Positions 1-10,351 of a DNA stretch of 64,000 nt are shown one piece after another; position 1 is the first letter of the stretch; each line of letters starts with the position of its first letter. The stretch lies in NCBI RefSeq assembly GCF_054482595.1, contig NZ_CM137008.1. One strand, written 5' to 3'. The position numbers and the translations under genes were made by a program. The notes under the pieces were generated by a model, which saw only the letters and a program-made list of their open reading frames with translations, was not told where the DNA came from and searched no databases.

Positions 1-732
1 TGGATCGCGCTTTTCACTTATATGGTGATGAGTGCGGTGATGCGTTCTCCACACGCCAGTGGTTTAAATCAAACCTTGCAGCACTACACTACTGAACATA
101 ACTCTATTGCTGATACTTTTAATTTGTCTGTGTGGCCGTTGGTTGCCGTTTTGCTGGTGATAACGCTCTGGGTGGTGATGAAAGAGTTGAAGAAGCCAAA
201 ACTCAAAGTCGCGACCTTACCGCCGCGCCGAACCGGGATCGCTCATATTCTGTTTGAAAAACGCTGGCATCCCTTTGTCACTGCTGTACTCATCGGTTTG
301 ATTGCGCTTTTAGCCTGGCCCCTGAGTGAAGCAACCGGACGCATGTTTGGGTTAGGAATCACTTCCCCAACGGCCAATATTCTGCAATTTCTGGTCGCGG
401 GTGACGTGAAATACATTAACTGGGGCGTTTTCCTGGTGTTAGGGATCTTCGTGGGGTCATTTATTGCAGCCAAAGGGAGCCGTGAGTTCCGCGTTCGCGC
501 AGCTGATGCACAAACAACATTACGTAGCGGGTTAGGTGGTGTACTGATGGGCTTCGGTGCCAGTATTGCAGGTGGTTGCTCTATCGGTAATGGACTGGTT
601 ATGACTGCAATGATGACCTGGCAGGGCTGGGTTGGCCTTGTATTTATGATTCTCGGTGTCTGGACTGCGTCCTGGCTTGTGTATGTTCGACCGCAGCGTA
701 AGGCGCGACTGGCGACTGCTGCGGCAAATTAA
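1..732 (+). CDS. yeeE: YeeE/TsuA-type thiosulfate/sulfur transporter, C-terminal part (5' end outside window)
   Basis: ORF 22..732 in frame from position 1; multi-TM protein with GGCSIG motif; followed by yeeD as in E. coli. Confidence 0.8.
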   Translation, partial: WIALFTYMVMSAVMRSPHASGLNQTLQHYTTEHNSIADTFNLSVWPLVAVLLVITLWVVMKELKKPKLKVATLPPRRTGIAHILFEKRWHPFVTAVLIGLIALLAWPLSEATGRMFGLGITSPTANILQFLVAGDVKYINWGVFLVLGIFVGSFIAAKGSREFRVRAADAQTTLRSGLGGVLMGFGASIAGGCSIGNGLVMTAMMTWQGWVGLVFMILGVWTASWLVYVRPQRKARLATAAAN

Positions 733-745
733 GTAAGGTGTAAAG

Positions 746-973
746 ATGGCGATTAAAAAGCTGGATGTGGTGACGCAGGTCTGTCCGTTTCCACTCATAG
801 AAGCAAAAGCAGCACTGGCAGAAATGACCAGCGGCGATGAGTTGGTAATTGAGTTTGATTGCACCCAGGCAACAGAAGCAATCCCACAATGGGCGGCAGA
901 AGAAGGACATGCCATCACCGATTATCAGCAGATTGGCGATGCTGCGTGGAGCATCACCGTTCAAAAAGCCTGA
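746..973 (+). CDS. yeeD: TusA-like sulfurtransferase YeeD
   Basis: 75 aa, CPFP motif (VCPFPLIEAK) typical of TusA family; adjacent to yeeE. Confidence 0.85.
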   Translation: MAIKKLDVVTQVCPFPLIEAKAALAEMTSGDELVIEFDCTQATEAIPQWAAEEGHAITDYQQIGDAAWSITVQKA

Positions 974-984
974 CCCAACATTGT

Positions 985-1008
985 CCTCCGCCGTATCAGC
1001 GGCGGAGG
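985..1008. terminator. Hairpin between convergent yeeD and sbcB, putative bidirectional terminator
   Basis: Inverted repeat cctccgccg / cggcggagg with 6-nt loop between two convergent stop codons. Confidence 0.5.
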
Positions 1009-1015
1009 CTTCAAA

Positions 1016-2443
1016 CTAGACAATCTCTTCCGCGTACTGCCAAAGCGCTTTTAACAGCGCCACTTTTTCTTTATCGTCGGCATACTGCTGCGCCAGCATC
1101 TGAATCTCTTCTGCATAGCCTTGTAAAAACTCGGGTGTGAATACCTGGCGGCGGTGCTCCAGCCAGCGTTGCTGCTCGGCATAATCCAGCGTCCCCGGGA
1201 AGTTGCGCGCCCGATAATTGAACAACAGCTTTTCAATCCGTTTATCGACAAAAGTGATATCCAGTGCCGGTAAATTACGCGGCTCGGTTTCCAGCACAAT
1301 TTTCATTGCTGCACGATCGGCGTCACTGAAAAAGCCGTTATAAAGCTGTGCATCCACGTTATCTGAAGGCGTAAACGGTTCGGCTTCCGCGAATATCGCC
1401 ACCACTTTTTCGCGCACTTGCGGATTTTCACGCAGAATTTTCAGGTTATCGAGGCAATGCTGACGATTAATTCCCAGTCGGTCGGCATCTTCCGGGCGTA
1501 GCGTATTCGCCTGGGCCAGCACCGGACATTTATTGATGTGCACCAGCTTAACCGGAACGGCGGCGTTATCGCCAAGATCGGTTTTTGCGGTATATAAACG
1601 CTCGCGCAATGTGTCGCTATCCAGTTCCAGTAATGGCGAAATGTCTCCTGCCAAATCCACCATAATTACGGCATTGCGATTTTCAGGATGCCACGCCAGC
1701 GGTGCCACCCAGCTGGTGTTGCCGCGCCATGCCCCAAACATTCCGGAAACGTGCACCAGGGGTTTCATCTGCGGAACATCAATCAACGCCATCAGTTTGT
1801 GTTTATTACGATGGGTAAAGAGATAATCAAACAGGCGTGGCTGACGCGTTTTTACCAGCTTTGCCATCGCAATAGTGGCGTACACATCAGCCATCGCATC
1901 GTGGGCGTTGCTATGTTCAATACCATTCGCTTTGGTTAAATGCTCAAGGCGAAAGCTCGGTAGACCGTCATCATTTTCAGGCCAGTTTATTCCTTCCGGG
2001 CGCAGGGCATAACAGGCACGCATAACATCCAGTAAATCCCAGCGCGAGTTATCATGCTGCCAGCTCCAGGCGTAAGGATCGTAGAAATTACGATAAAAAA
2101 CGTTGCGTGTGACTTCGTCGTCGAAACGCACATTGTTGTAGCCCAGAATACAGGTCTTCGGTACGGTAAAAAGCGAGTGAATACGGGCGGCAAACGCGGC
2201 TTCGTTTTCTCCTTTCGACCGTGCTTCCTGCGGGGTAATACCGGTAATTAATACTGCTCCAGGCTGGGGTAAATAGTCATCAGCGGGCTTGCAGTAAAAG
2301 ACTTCGGGTTCGCCGATGACATTGAATTCGCTATCGGTGCGAATGGCTGCGAACTGTGCAGGGCGATCTAACGCGGGGTGCGTGCCAAAGGTTTCGTAAT
2401 CGTGAAACAAAAAGGTAGATTGTTGCTTACCGTCATTCATCAT
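1016..2443 (-). CDS. sbcB: Exodeoxyribonuclease I
   Basis: 475 aa from internal start MMNDGKQQSTFLFHDYETFG (track ORF 1016..2515 has 24 extra N-terminal codons); exonuclease I sequence recognised. Confidence 0.93.
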   Translation of the reverse strand: MMNDGKQQSTFLFHDYETFGTHPALDRPAQFAAIRTDSEFNVIGEPEVFYCKPADDYLPQPGAVLITGITPQEARSKGENEAAFAARIHSLFTVPKTCILGYNNVRFDDEVTRNVFYRNFYDPYAWSWQHDNSRWDLLDVMRACYALRPEGINWPENDDGLPSFRLEHLTKANGIEHSNAHDAMADVYATIAMAKLVKTRQPRLFDYLFTHRNKHKLMALIDVPQMKPLVHVSGMFGAWRGNTSWVAPLAWHPENRNAVIMVDLAGDISPLLELDSDTLRERLYTAKTDLGDNAAVPVKLVHINKCPVLAQANTLRPEDADRLGINRQHCLDNLKILRENPQVREKVVAIFAEAEPFTPSDNVDAQLYNGFFSDADRAAMKIVLETEPRNLPALDITFVDKRIEKLLFNYRARNFPGTLDYAEQQRWLEHRRQVFTPEFLQGYAEEIQMLAQQYADDKEKVALLKALWQYAEEIV

Positions 2444-2645
2444 TAGGTTAAATCCGTTATTTCTGCTGTCTGCCAGAGTATCAAATATCACCGTGCTAAT
2501 CAGCTTTAGCGCCACAATTTGGCAGCGAGTGGCAACAGATCATGTCAGATAAAAATGAGAGGGTAGTCACATTTTCTTGCACTTTATTCCAGCCAGTTCA
2601 TAAGTATTTCCGTAAAAAGAACAGCTATTTGAAACTCCTGAGGGT

Positions 2646-3818
2646 TTGCTGTTGAAACGCCGTCTTATTATTGCTGCTTCTTTGTTCGTTTTTAACTTAT
2701 CGTCTGGTTTTGCGGCGGAAAACATTCCTTTTTCACCTCAGCCTCCAGAGATTCATGCCGGGTCCTGGGTATTGATGGATTACACCACCGGTCAGATCCT
2801 CACCGCGGGTAATGAGCATCAACAGCGCAATCCCGCCAGCCTGACAAAGCTGATGACGGGTTATGTCGTGGATCGCGCTATCGATAGTCATCGCATTACG
2901 CCAGACGATATTGTCACCGTGGGGCGCGATGCGTGGGCGAAAGATAATCCGGTGTTTGTCGGTTCTTCACTGATGTTTTTGAAAGAGGGCGATCGCGTAT
3001 CGGTACGTGATTTAAGCCGTGGTTTAATTGTGGATTCCGGAAATGACGCTTGTGTTGCTCTGGCTGACTATATTGCCGGTGGGCAACGGCAGTTTGTTGA
3101 AATGATGAACAACTATGCCGAGAAGCTGCATCTCAAGGATACGCATTTTGAAACAGTGCATGGTCTGGATGCACCTGGCCAGCATAGCTCGGCTTATGAT
3201 TTAGCTGTGCTTTCTCGCGCTATCATCCACGGCGAGCCCGAGTTTTATCATATGTACAGTGAGAAAAGCCTCACCTGGAACGGTATCACTCAGCAAAACC
3301 GTAACGGGTTATTGTGGGATAAAACCATGAATGTTGACGGCCTGAAAACGGGTCATACTTCTGGTGCCGGGTTTAATCTCATTGCTTCGGCTGTAGATGG
3401 GCAGCGTCGTCTCATTGCAGTGGTAATGGGGGCTGACAGTGCAAAAGGTCGTGAGGAAGAGGCAAGAAAATTACTGCGTTGGGGGCAACAAAACTTTACT
3501 ACGGTGCAAATTTTGCACCGTGGGAAAAAGGTCGGAACGGAACGCATCTGGTATGGCGATAAAGAAAATATCGCCCTGGGAACGGAACAAGAGTTCTGGA
3601 TGGTGCTACCGAAAGCCGAAATTCCACATATCAAAGCCAAATATACCCTTGATGGTAAAGAACTCACCGCGCCAATTAGCGCCCATCAGCGGGTAGGGGA
3701 AATTGAACTTTATGACCGTGATAAACAGGTGGCGCACTGGCCGCTGGTTACCCTGGAATCTGTCGGGGAAGGCAGCATGTTTTCCCGGCTGAGTGATTAT
3801 TTCCACCATAAGGCCTGA
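2646..3818 (+). CDS. dacD: D-alanyl-D-alanine carboxypeptidase (PBP6b)
   Basis: 390 aa, signal peptide, SxxK (ASLTKLM), SGN and KTG motifs; synteny sbcB-dacD-sbmC. Confidence 0.9.
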   Translation: MLLKRRLIIAASLFVFNLSSGFAAENIPFSPQPPEIHAGSWVLMDYTTGQILTAGNEHQQRNPASLTKLMTGYVVDRAIDSHRITPDDIVTVGRDAWAKDNPVFVGSSLMFLKEGDRVSVRDLSRGLIVDSGNDACVALADYIAGGQRQFVEMMNNYAEKLHLKDTHFETVHGLDAPGQHSSAYDLAVLSRAIIHGEPEFYHMYSEKSLTWNGITQQNRNGLLWDKTMNVDGLKTGHTSGAGFNLIASAVDGQRRLIAVVMGADSAKGREEEARKLLRWGQQNFTTVQILHRGKKVGTERIWYGDKENIALGTEQEFWMVLPKAEIPHIKAKYTLDGKELTAPISAHQRVGEIELYDRDKQVAHWPLVTLESVGEGSMFSRLSDYFHHKA

Positions 3819-3936
3819 CCTTTCTTTTGCAGCAGACTGGCAGGAGTGCGAGTCTGCTCGCATAATCAACACTCATTCCTTGTGGTTTTAATATTGCAAC
3901 TATACTGTATATAAAAACAGTGTTAGTGGAGGCGTC

Positions 3937-4410
3937 ATGAACTACGAGATTAAGCAGGAAGATAAACGTACCGTTGCAGGTTTCCATCTTGTTGGCCCGT
4001 GGGAGCAGACGGTAAAGAAAGGTTTTGAGCAGTTGATGATGTGGATAGATAGCAAAAATATTGTGCCGAAGGAGTGGGTTGCTGTCTATTACGACAATCC
4101 GGATGAAACACCCGCCGAAAAATTACGCTGCGACACCGTCGTGACGGTACCGAATAACTTTACGCTCCCCGAAAACAGTGAGGGCGTCATTCTGACAGAA
4201 ATTTCAGGTGGTCAGTATGCGGTGGCGGTGGCTCGTGTAGTCGGTGATGATTTTGCTAAACCCTGGTATCAGTTCTTTAATAGCCTCTTGCAGGACAGTG
4301 CCTATGAAATGTTACCAAAGCCCTGCTTCGAGGTTTACTTGAACAATGGCGCGGAAGATGGGTACTGGGATATCGAAATGTATGTTGCGGTGCAGCCAAA
4401 ACATCACTAA
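3937..4410 (+). CDS. sbmC: DNA gyrase inhibitor SbmC/GyrI
   Basis: 157 aa, recognised SbmC sequence; synteny. Confidence 0.9.
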   Translation: MNYEIKQEDKRTVAGFHLVGPWEQTVKKGFEQLMMWIDSKNIVPKEWVAVYYDNPDETPAEKLRCDTVVTVPNNFTLPENSEGVILTEISGGQYAVAVARVVGDDFAKPWYQFFNSLLQDSAYEMLPKPCFEVYLNNGAEDGYWDIEMYVAVQPKHH

Positions 4411-4607
4411 TTCATCTCAGGGCGGTGTGTTGACGCGAAGACCACTCTTTTTTTGAAAGTGAAAAGAGTAAGATGCGCCTTTCAATTTTTTCGCTCCTGC
4501 CGGGAAATTACACTGTTCCCGGTTTGTCCGTCGGATAATTCAGAGGCGCGCCTTCTGGCCGACAGATGAGTTATGAGCGCTTTTAATCTTCATTACGGAG
4601 TTTCTGT

Positions 4608-5666
4608 GTGCGTGCCGATAAGTCATTAAGCCCGTTTGAAATCCGGGTATACCGCCATTACCGCATTGTGCATGGTACTCGGGTCGCGCTGGCATTCCTG
4701 CTCACTTTTCTCATTATCCGCCTGTTTACTATCCCGGAAAGCACCTGGCCGCTGGTCACCATGGTGGTGATTATGGGGCCAATCTCGTTCTGGGGGAACG
4801 TTGTCCCTCGTGCCTTCGAACGTATTGGCGGTACGGTGTTGGGTTCGATTTTAGGTCTTATCGCTCTGCAACTGGAGTTAATTTCGTTACCGCTGATGTT
4901 AGTCTGGTGCGCGGCGGCGATGTTTCTTTGCGGTTGGCTGGCGCTGGGCAAGAAACCGTATCAAGGATTATTGATTGGGGTGACGCTGGCAATTGTTGTG
5001 GGTTCCCCGACAGGTGAAATTGATACGGCGTTATGGCGAAGCGGCGATGTGATCCTCGGCTCTTTACTGGCAATGTTGTTTACCGGTATCTGGCCACAAC
5101 GCGCGTTCATCCACTGGCGCATTCAACTGGCGAAAAGTCTGACCGAGTATAATCGGGTCTATCAATCGGCATTCTCACCGAACTTACTCGAACGCCCACG
5201 TCTGGAAAGCCATCTACAAAAACTGCTGACCGATGCCGTGAAAATGCGTGGGCTGATTGCGCCCGCCAGCAAAGAAACCCGTATTCCAAAATCGATATAT
5301 GAAGGTATCCAGACCATTAATCGCAATCTGGTTTGTATGCTGGAGTTGCAAATCAATGCATACTGGGCCACGCGCCCCAGCCATTTCGTGTTATTGAACG
5401 CGCAAAAACTTCGTGATACCCAGCACATGATGCAGCAAATACTGCTGAGCCTTGTTCATGCGCTGTACGAAGGTAATCCGCAGCCGGTTTTTGCCAATAC
5501 GGAAAAATTGAACGATGCTGTGGAAGAGCTGCGTCAGTTGCTGAATAACCACCATGACCTGAAGGTTGTGGAAACACCAATCTATGGTTATGTGTGGCTG
5601 AACATGGAAACGGCACATCAGCTTGAGTTGCTATCGAGTCTGATTTGCCGGGCCTTGCGCAAATAA
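4608..5666 (+). CDS. yeeA: Inner membrane protein YeeA (FUSC-like)
   Basis: 352 aa, GTG start, N-terminal TM helices; synteny with sbmC and yeeX. Confidence 0.85.
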   Translation: MRADKSLSPFEIRVYRHYRIVHGTRVALAFLLTFLIIRLFTIPESTWPLVTMVVIMGPISFWGNVVPRAFERIGGTVLGSILGLIALQLELISLPLMLVWCAAAMFLCGWLALGKKPYQGLLIGVTLAIVVGSPTGEIDTALWRSGDVILGSLLAMLFTGIWPQRAFIHWRIQLAKSLTEYNRVYQSAFSPNLLERPRLESHLQKLLTDAVKMRGLIAPASKETRIPKSIYEGIQTINRNLVCMLELQINAYWATRPSHFVLLNAQKLRDTQHMMQQILLSLVHALYEGNPQPVFANTEKLNDAVEELRQLLNNHHDLKVVETPIYGYVWLNMETAHQLELLSSLICRALRK

Positions 5667-5837
5667 TTCCTGAACTTCAGAATCATCTTGCTGCTGCTTC
5701 GATTCAGCAAGGATAAAGGGTATGATAGTGAAAAGGGATAAAAGCATTGTCATCTGCGGCAGCTATGAGTAATGTTGGCCCTAACGAATAGCGGTTGCTT
5801 AAACGAATCCGACTCTCACATTATCAGGGGTATAAAA

Positions 5838-6167
5838 ATGGAAACTACCAAGCCTTCATTCCAGGACGTACTGGAATTTGTTCGTCTGTTCCGTCGTAAG
5901 AACAAACTGCAACGTGAAATTCAGGACGTTGAGAAAAAGATCCGTGACAACCAGAAGCGCGTCCTGTTGCTGGACAACCTGAGCGATTACATCAAGCCAG
6001 GGATGAGCGTTGAAGCAATCCAGGGCATCATCGCCAGCATGAAAGGTGACTATGAAGATCGCGTTGACGATTACATCATCAAAAATGCCGAGCTCTCCAA
6101 AGAACGCCGCGATATCTCCAAAAAGCTGAAAGCTATGGGCGAAATGAAAAACGGCGAAGCGAAGTAA
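5838..6167 (+). CDS. yeeX: UPF0265 protein YeeX
   Basis: 109 aa from internal ATG ([14 protein letters not shown]...), track ORF 5772..6167 is N-terminally extended. Confidence 0.85.
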   Translation: METTKPSFQDVLEFVRLFRRKNKLQREIQDVEKKIRDNQKRVLLLDNLSDYIKPGMSVEAIQGIIASMKGDYEDRVDDYIIKNAELSKERRDISKKLKAMGEMKNGEAK

Positions 6168-6184
6168 TTCCTGTTTTATTCAAT

Positions 6185-6205
6185 GAGGGTTGCCCGGCAA
6201 CCCTC
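6185..6205. other. Hairpin downstream of yeeX (possible terminator)
   Basis: Perfect inverted repeat gagggttgcc / ggcaaccctc; no clear T-tract. Confidence 0.35.
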
Positions 6206-6267
6206 AGTGCTCATTGATTCTTATCTGTGTATCACCGTCATCATTCTCATCTGAGAACCTATCGAAA

Positions 6268-6480
6268 TTAGCGACAGCCTTCTTCTGTATGCAGCAAGGC
6301 AAAAACTTCTGTAACTCCATTGTTATTAACCGCACTGGTTACTAACACGTTGTGCGCTCCAGCTTCCCGTAACCAACATTTCACCAAAGATGTTTGTTCC
6401 ATACTGGCTAAATCTGCTTTGGTTACTACTCCAATGACCGGGTGATTCATGGCCCGGTAGGGCGTTTTTACCTCTAATTC
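6268..6480 (-). pseudogene. EutP/PduV-type GTPase C-terminal fragment (yoeF-like remnant)
   Basis: C-terminal part of track ORF 6268..6624 (...NHPVIGVVTKADLA...) resembles EutP/PduV C-terminus; no N-terminal G-domain present. Confidence 0.4.
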
Positions 6481-6690
6481 CTGCTTCAGCGCTGAGATTC
6501 CTGCTTGTTGCCGGAAAAGCAGGCACCTGCCGTCTGAACGGTATCGATCCGGAAGCGTATCTGCGCCATATTCTGAGCATACTGCCGGAATGGCCCTCCA
6601 ACCGTGTTGACGAACTCCTGCCATGGAACGTAGTTCTCACCAATAAATAAGCGTCAATACGGTGCTCCGTTGACGCTTACTTTAATCCGT
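6480..6690 (+). mobile_element. IS66-family remnant: 3' end of transposase (TnpC) plus terminal inverted repeat
   Basis: Translation ...CRLNGIDPEAYLRHILSILPEWPSNRVDELLPWNVVLTNK* is a typical IS66 TnpC C-terminus; followed by hairpin-like terminal sequence ending cgcttac. Confidence 0.6.
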
Positions 6691-7064
6691 TTTCTGAGCT
6701 TAGATTTTTCTGTTCCTACCCAGACCGTGGATTTGGAATTCATTTTTTGTCAGGTCAATGCTAATCGTTAAAACGGCCATAACGCACCTCCACTGGAAGG
6801 TTTATCAGTAATATCCTACCGTTGCTTCATGGTCGGGGCGTCCATTCCATTATTATCGGTTTTCCTTTCTGTTTATAAATGAAAACGCCAGCTGTATTCA
6901 GGCTGGCGTCAGGGGAAATGAAGCCTGTTGAGTGAGATTCACCGGTTCTGGTGCAGAAGCTGCAGATGGCGCAGGGTAAGGACATCTTCTCTTGCCTGCT
7001 TAATACAGGACAACAGTGCTGTTTCTGTGGTTAATGGCACTATACCCTGCATCACTGCATTGTC

Positions 7065-7259
7065 TTACAGCAACTGGTGAGGGCTGGCATAAGTTGCCGG
7101 TGTTTCGGTAGAGTCACGGTCATCCACCACGCGGAGTGAATAACCGTTTTCAGCGGCCTTATTAATCAGTTCAGTGATATTAACACCATCAATGTCAACG
7201 ACAATGTGCCCCATATCCAGCGCCTGTACGTTAACGCTGTCGGCTTCCAGTGTCATCAT
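7065..7259 (-). CDS. yeeW: YeeW-like small protein of CP4-44-type islands
   Basis: 64 aa ORF immediately downstream of toxin gene, as in CP4-44. Confidence 0.55.
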   Translation of the reverse strand: MMTLEADSVNVQALDMGHIVVDIDGVNITELINKAAENGYSLRVVDDRDSTETPATYASPHQLL

Positions 7260-7629
7260 TTCGCCTCCGGATACTTACCCAGGGTAATGTTATTTACCGT
7301 TCTGTAATTGTCGCGGGTCATCAGGCCGGTCGCCCTGCGAGCCCGGAGGATATCGATGCTGTTTATTAACTGAGAGCGGGTACAGGCGCTGAATCCCGGC
7401 TGGTCGGTAGCACCAGCGCGTATTTTTCCACGAGAAAGTTCACCGCATCACACAGTGAAATGCCTGCCTCAATATGCTGCTCAATCACACGTTCATCGGC
7501 AAAAGGTGTGTCATTCTGTGTGAGGCCATAGTGCTGGTCCAGCAGTCGGGACAGCAGTATCTGCCAGATTTCAACAGGAGACGGGCGAGAACTGGCCGCC
7601 TGCCCGGGTAATACAGGTAATGTTTTCAT
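7256..7629 (-). pseudogene. cbtA: CbtA/YeeV-family type IV toxin, frameshifted
   Basis: Track ORF 7366..7629 matches CbtA for residues 1-73 then diverges; canonical C-terminus ([17 protein letters not shown]...YPEAK) is encoded in another frame, consistent with a 1-nt deletion. Confidence 0.7.
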
Positions 7630-7717
7630 ACTGAAGATTTTCCTGATATGCAGATATAAAAATGGAAAAGTGGCGTGGTGAAAACACCAGGCCGTAGCAG
7701 AAGGCTATTCTGGAGAG

Positions 7718-8086
7718 TTAATTTTTCATTTCGGGCGTCGGATAAACAGCCAGATAAACGTAACCACAACTGCTGAGGGTATCGGCTTTGCAGGTCAGCC
7801 CTTTTGCATACAGCGTGACGGTATGCTGATGGCGGGGATTCAGTTCACCGCTGGTGAGCATGAGTTCCAGTTGTTTCATCAGCAGCGGAAAGGCCTGGTC
7901 CAGGTGGTACGCATCTGCATCGCTGAACAGGCCTCTGATACCGGCGCGGTCGGCAAGGTAATGCAACCGGTTACCCTCCTGCACCAGACGTGCCCCGAAA
8001 CAGGGCGTCACGGTGCAGGGCAGCCCCCACCAGGGGCGGTCGTGATTGTCGTCGGGAAGTGTTGTCCCGGGGAGTGTGTCTGACAC
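7718..8086 (-). CDS. cbeA: CbeA/YeeU-family antitoxin
   Basis: 122 aa, recognised YeeU/CbeA sequence, directly upstream of cbtA. Confidence 0.85.
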   Translation of the reverse strand: MSDTLPGTTLPDDNHDRPWWGLPCTVTPCFGARLVQEGNRLHYLADRAGIRGLFSDADAYHLDQAFPLLMKQLELMLTSGELNPRHQHTVTLYAKGLTCKADTLSSCGYVYLAVYPTPEMKN

Positions 8087-8159
8087 GATAAAATCCTTAC
8101 AGAAAATCGGCTAAGAATGGTCCGGTAGTGGCGATAATTCTGCTCATCAGAATTCCCAC

Positions 8160-8381
8160 TCAGTTCAGGGTGACGCTCATCAGCCGGACATACGGACCAA
8201 AACTGTCCTTACGGCGTTCAGCAAACACGGCCAGCACACCGGGAATATCCTGCACTTCACGACCGGTATACGCTTCAGCACTGCCGTGCCAGCGGTATTT
8301 ACCGGTACAGAACGGAAAAAGACGGGATGTCGGATGTTGTTGGTGAATACGCATGGCTTCACCACGGGTGATAATTTTCAT
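8160..8381 (-). CDS. yeeT: DUF987 protein YeeT
   Basis: 73 aa, conserved island backbone gene upstream of antitoxin. Confidence 0.8.
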   Translation of the reverse strand: MKIITRGEAMRIHQQHPTSRLFPFCTGKYRWHGSAEAYTGREVQDIPGVLAVFAERRKDSFGPYVRLMSVTLN

Positions 8382-8443
8382 AATGGGATACCTCTGAAGA
8401 CAGAAGATAAAAGTGAAAACAGGTGTGATGTGGTTGTGAAGGG

Positions 8444-8935
8444 TTAAAGCAGACCATGTTCGGCAAAGGAGAAAACCTGGTTGCCACCGACTATCAGATG
8501 GTCCGGCACCCGGATATCCACCAGGCCCAGTGCCTGTACCAGACGTTCGGTGATAAGCCGGTCTGCCTTACTGGGTGTGACTTCACCGGACGGGTGATTG
8601 TGTGCCAGTACCACGGCAGCGGCATTGTGGTACAGGGCGCGTTTAATCACTTCCCGGGGATGGACTTCCGTGCGGTTGATGGTGCCGGTGAAGAGGGTTT
8701 CACCGGCAATCAGCTGATTCTGGTTGTTCAGATACAGCACCCGGAATTCTTCACGCTCCAGTCCCGCCATGTTCAGAATCAGCCATTCCCGTGCTGCACG
8801 GGTGGAGGTGAAGGCCACGCCGGGTTCATGAAGATGGCGGTCCAGGGTTTTCAGGGCCCGTTGAATGAGGCTGCGCTCGCCGGGCGTCATCTCTCCGGGC
8901 AGAAAGGAAAGTTGTTGCATTGTGCTTCTCTCCAT
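8444..8935 (-). CDS. yeeS: RadC-like JAB-domain protein (YeeS family)
   Basis: HNHPSG JAMM motif; alternative start at Met6 (MQQLSFLPGEM). Confidence 0.85.
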   Translation of the reverse strand: MERSTMQQLSFLPGEMTPGERSLIQRALKTLDRHLHEPGVAFTSTRAAREWLILNMAGLEREEFRVLYLNNQNQLIAGETLFTGTINRTEVHPREVIKRALYHNAAAVVLAHNHPSGEVTPSKADRLITERLVQALGLVDIRVPDHLIVGGNQVFSFAEHGLL

Positions 8936-9415
8936 TCAGTCGATGATGCGCATAATGGCGCTGCATTCCGGATGCTGCAGGGCGTAATCCCGCAACCGGT
9001 AATAATGGACCGTCATGGCATAATTCTCCGTACGACAGGCATGATGACTGTACGTCATCAGACAGGCGGCAATACCGGCGGCTTCCGGGCTCATTTCTGC
9101 GCGGTTACCGTTCATGGCATTGAACAGTACCCATGTTTCGTCATCATCGTCATCCGGTTCGGGTGCCATAAATGCCCCGCCGTTGTTCAGGGTGTACAGA
9201 TTCCAGATACCACCGCAGTAGTCTTCGCACAGACGGTCCATCCAGCCGAAGACACGGGGCTCCAGGGTCACCCACTGTGGAATGAGGCCAAAATGCTGCG
9301 GCCAGAAGCTGATGCGCTGTTCATCAGGGACGAGGCTGGCAACCAACTGAGGCGGATTATTCTCTGGTGTTGTAGCTGAATAAATTGTGGGGGTATTCTG
9401 AGAAACGGTTTTCAT
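8936..9415 (-). CDS. Antirestriction protein (ArdB/KlcA-like)
   Basis: 159 aa with acidic stretch EPDDDDDETW; position between DUF932 and radC typical of CP4-type islands. Confidence 0.7.
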   Translation of the reverse strand: MKTVSQNTPTIYSATTPENNPPQLVASLVPDEQRISFWPQHFGLIPQWVTLEPRVFGWMDRLCEDYCGGIWNLYTLNNGGAFMAPEPDDDDDETWVLFNAMNGNRAEMSPEAAGIAACLMTYSHHACRTENYAMTVHYYRLRDYALQHPECSAIMRIID

Positions 9416-9496
9416 GAGATAACTCCTTAAATAACAAATAAATGTGTGTTTTTCAGGAACGAAAGCTGAATGATTCCCTCACTCAGGGAAACGGCA

Positions 9497-10315
9497 TCAG
9501 CGCAGGCTCTCCAGCATCGTTTCTGCCATCACCCACAATGCGCGATTGAGCTTAATGTCGGTATCAATGCTGTGAATGGCCCGGGTATGGATACGTTTTC
9601 CTTTTGCACTGCGACCGGAAATCCCGCCTTTCAGCATATTCTCCTGGATGGTCTGATATGCGCTCCACAGGTCCTTACCGTAATCCTCCCGGCGTCGCGG
9701 CGTCAGAATGTCGGCGGTGGTGACGGGCTGATGTTCGTCACCATAACGGTAAGTCAGTGCCGCCTGTGCCAGCGCCTGGCGTGCCGGTGGCGGCAGGACC
9801 AGCGACTGCATGGCATCACGCTTCTCCTCTATCCGGTCAAACACGCCCACCACCTCGTAAGCCCCTTCGATAACTTTCTCCACTACATTTCCCCGGTGTG
9901 GAACACGCACTTCCCCCAGAGACTGGCCACAGACGCACCCGTTCTGGCAGACGAACCTGAAGTAACCCGGCAGCATCTGGTAGCTGGAGGTACCGTCATG
10001 AGAGTTGAGCAGAATAATTTCAGGGACATGTTCTCCGTTTATCTCTCCGGCCCGCCGCAGACGCAGCATGTGTTTTGTGTATCCCCGGCGGCCCGGGTCG
10101 CGCACACGGGTCTGGCAGGCGAAGAACGGCTGAAAGCCTTCCCGCTGCAGATTTTCCAGGACGGTAATGGTGGGAATGTACGCATACCGTTCACTGCGGG
10201 AGGTATGCCGGTCTTCCCCAAAAATACTGGGTACATAGTGCATCAGTTCTTCGTGTGTCAGCGGACGGTCACGGCGTATCTGGTTTACATGACCAAAACG
10301 ACTTGCTAATCGCAT
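9497..10315 (-). CDS. DUF932-family protein (YfjQ/YafZ-like)
   Basis: 272 aa; conserved island backbone gene upstream of antirestriction gene. Confidence 0.7.
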   Translation of the reverse strand: MRLASRFGHVNQIRRDRPLTHEELMHYVPSIFGEDRHTSRSERYAYIPTITVLENLQREGFQPFFACQTRVRDPGRRGYTKHMLRLRRAGEINGEHVPEIILLNSHDGTSSYQMLPGYFRFVCQNGCVCGQSLGEVRVPHRGNVVEKVIEGAYEVVGVFDRIEEKRDAMQSLVLPPPARQALAQAALTYRYGDEHQPVTTADILTPRRREDYGKDLWSAYQTIQENMLKGGISGRSAKGKRIHTRAIHSIDTDIKLNRALWVMAETMLESLR

Positions 10316-10351
10316 GATTTGCTCCTTATGAATGAGTTAGCGGTATAAATG

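Noticed and set aside
243-964. Minus-strand ORFs overlapping yeeE and yeeD
   Set aside because: Antisense to conserved genes; no features of real proteins.
6185-6205. Hairpin after yeeX as a REP element
   Set aside because: A single perfect palindrome without the REP consensus; kept only as a possible terminator.
8456-10309. Long plus-strand ORFs (307 aa and 279 aa) overlapping radC-like, antirestriction and DUF932 genes
   Set aside because: Antisense shadow ORFs of well-supported minus-strand genes; no recognisable motifs.
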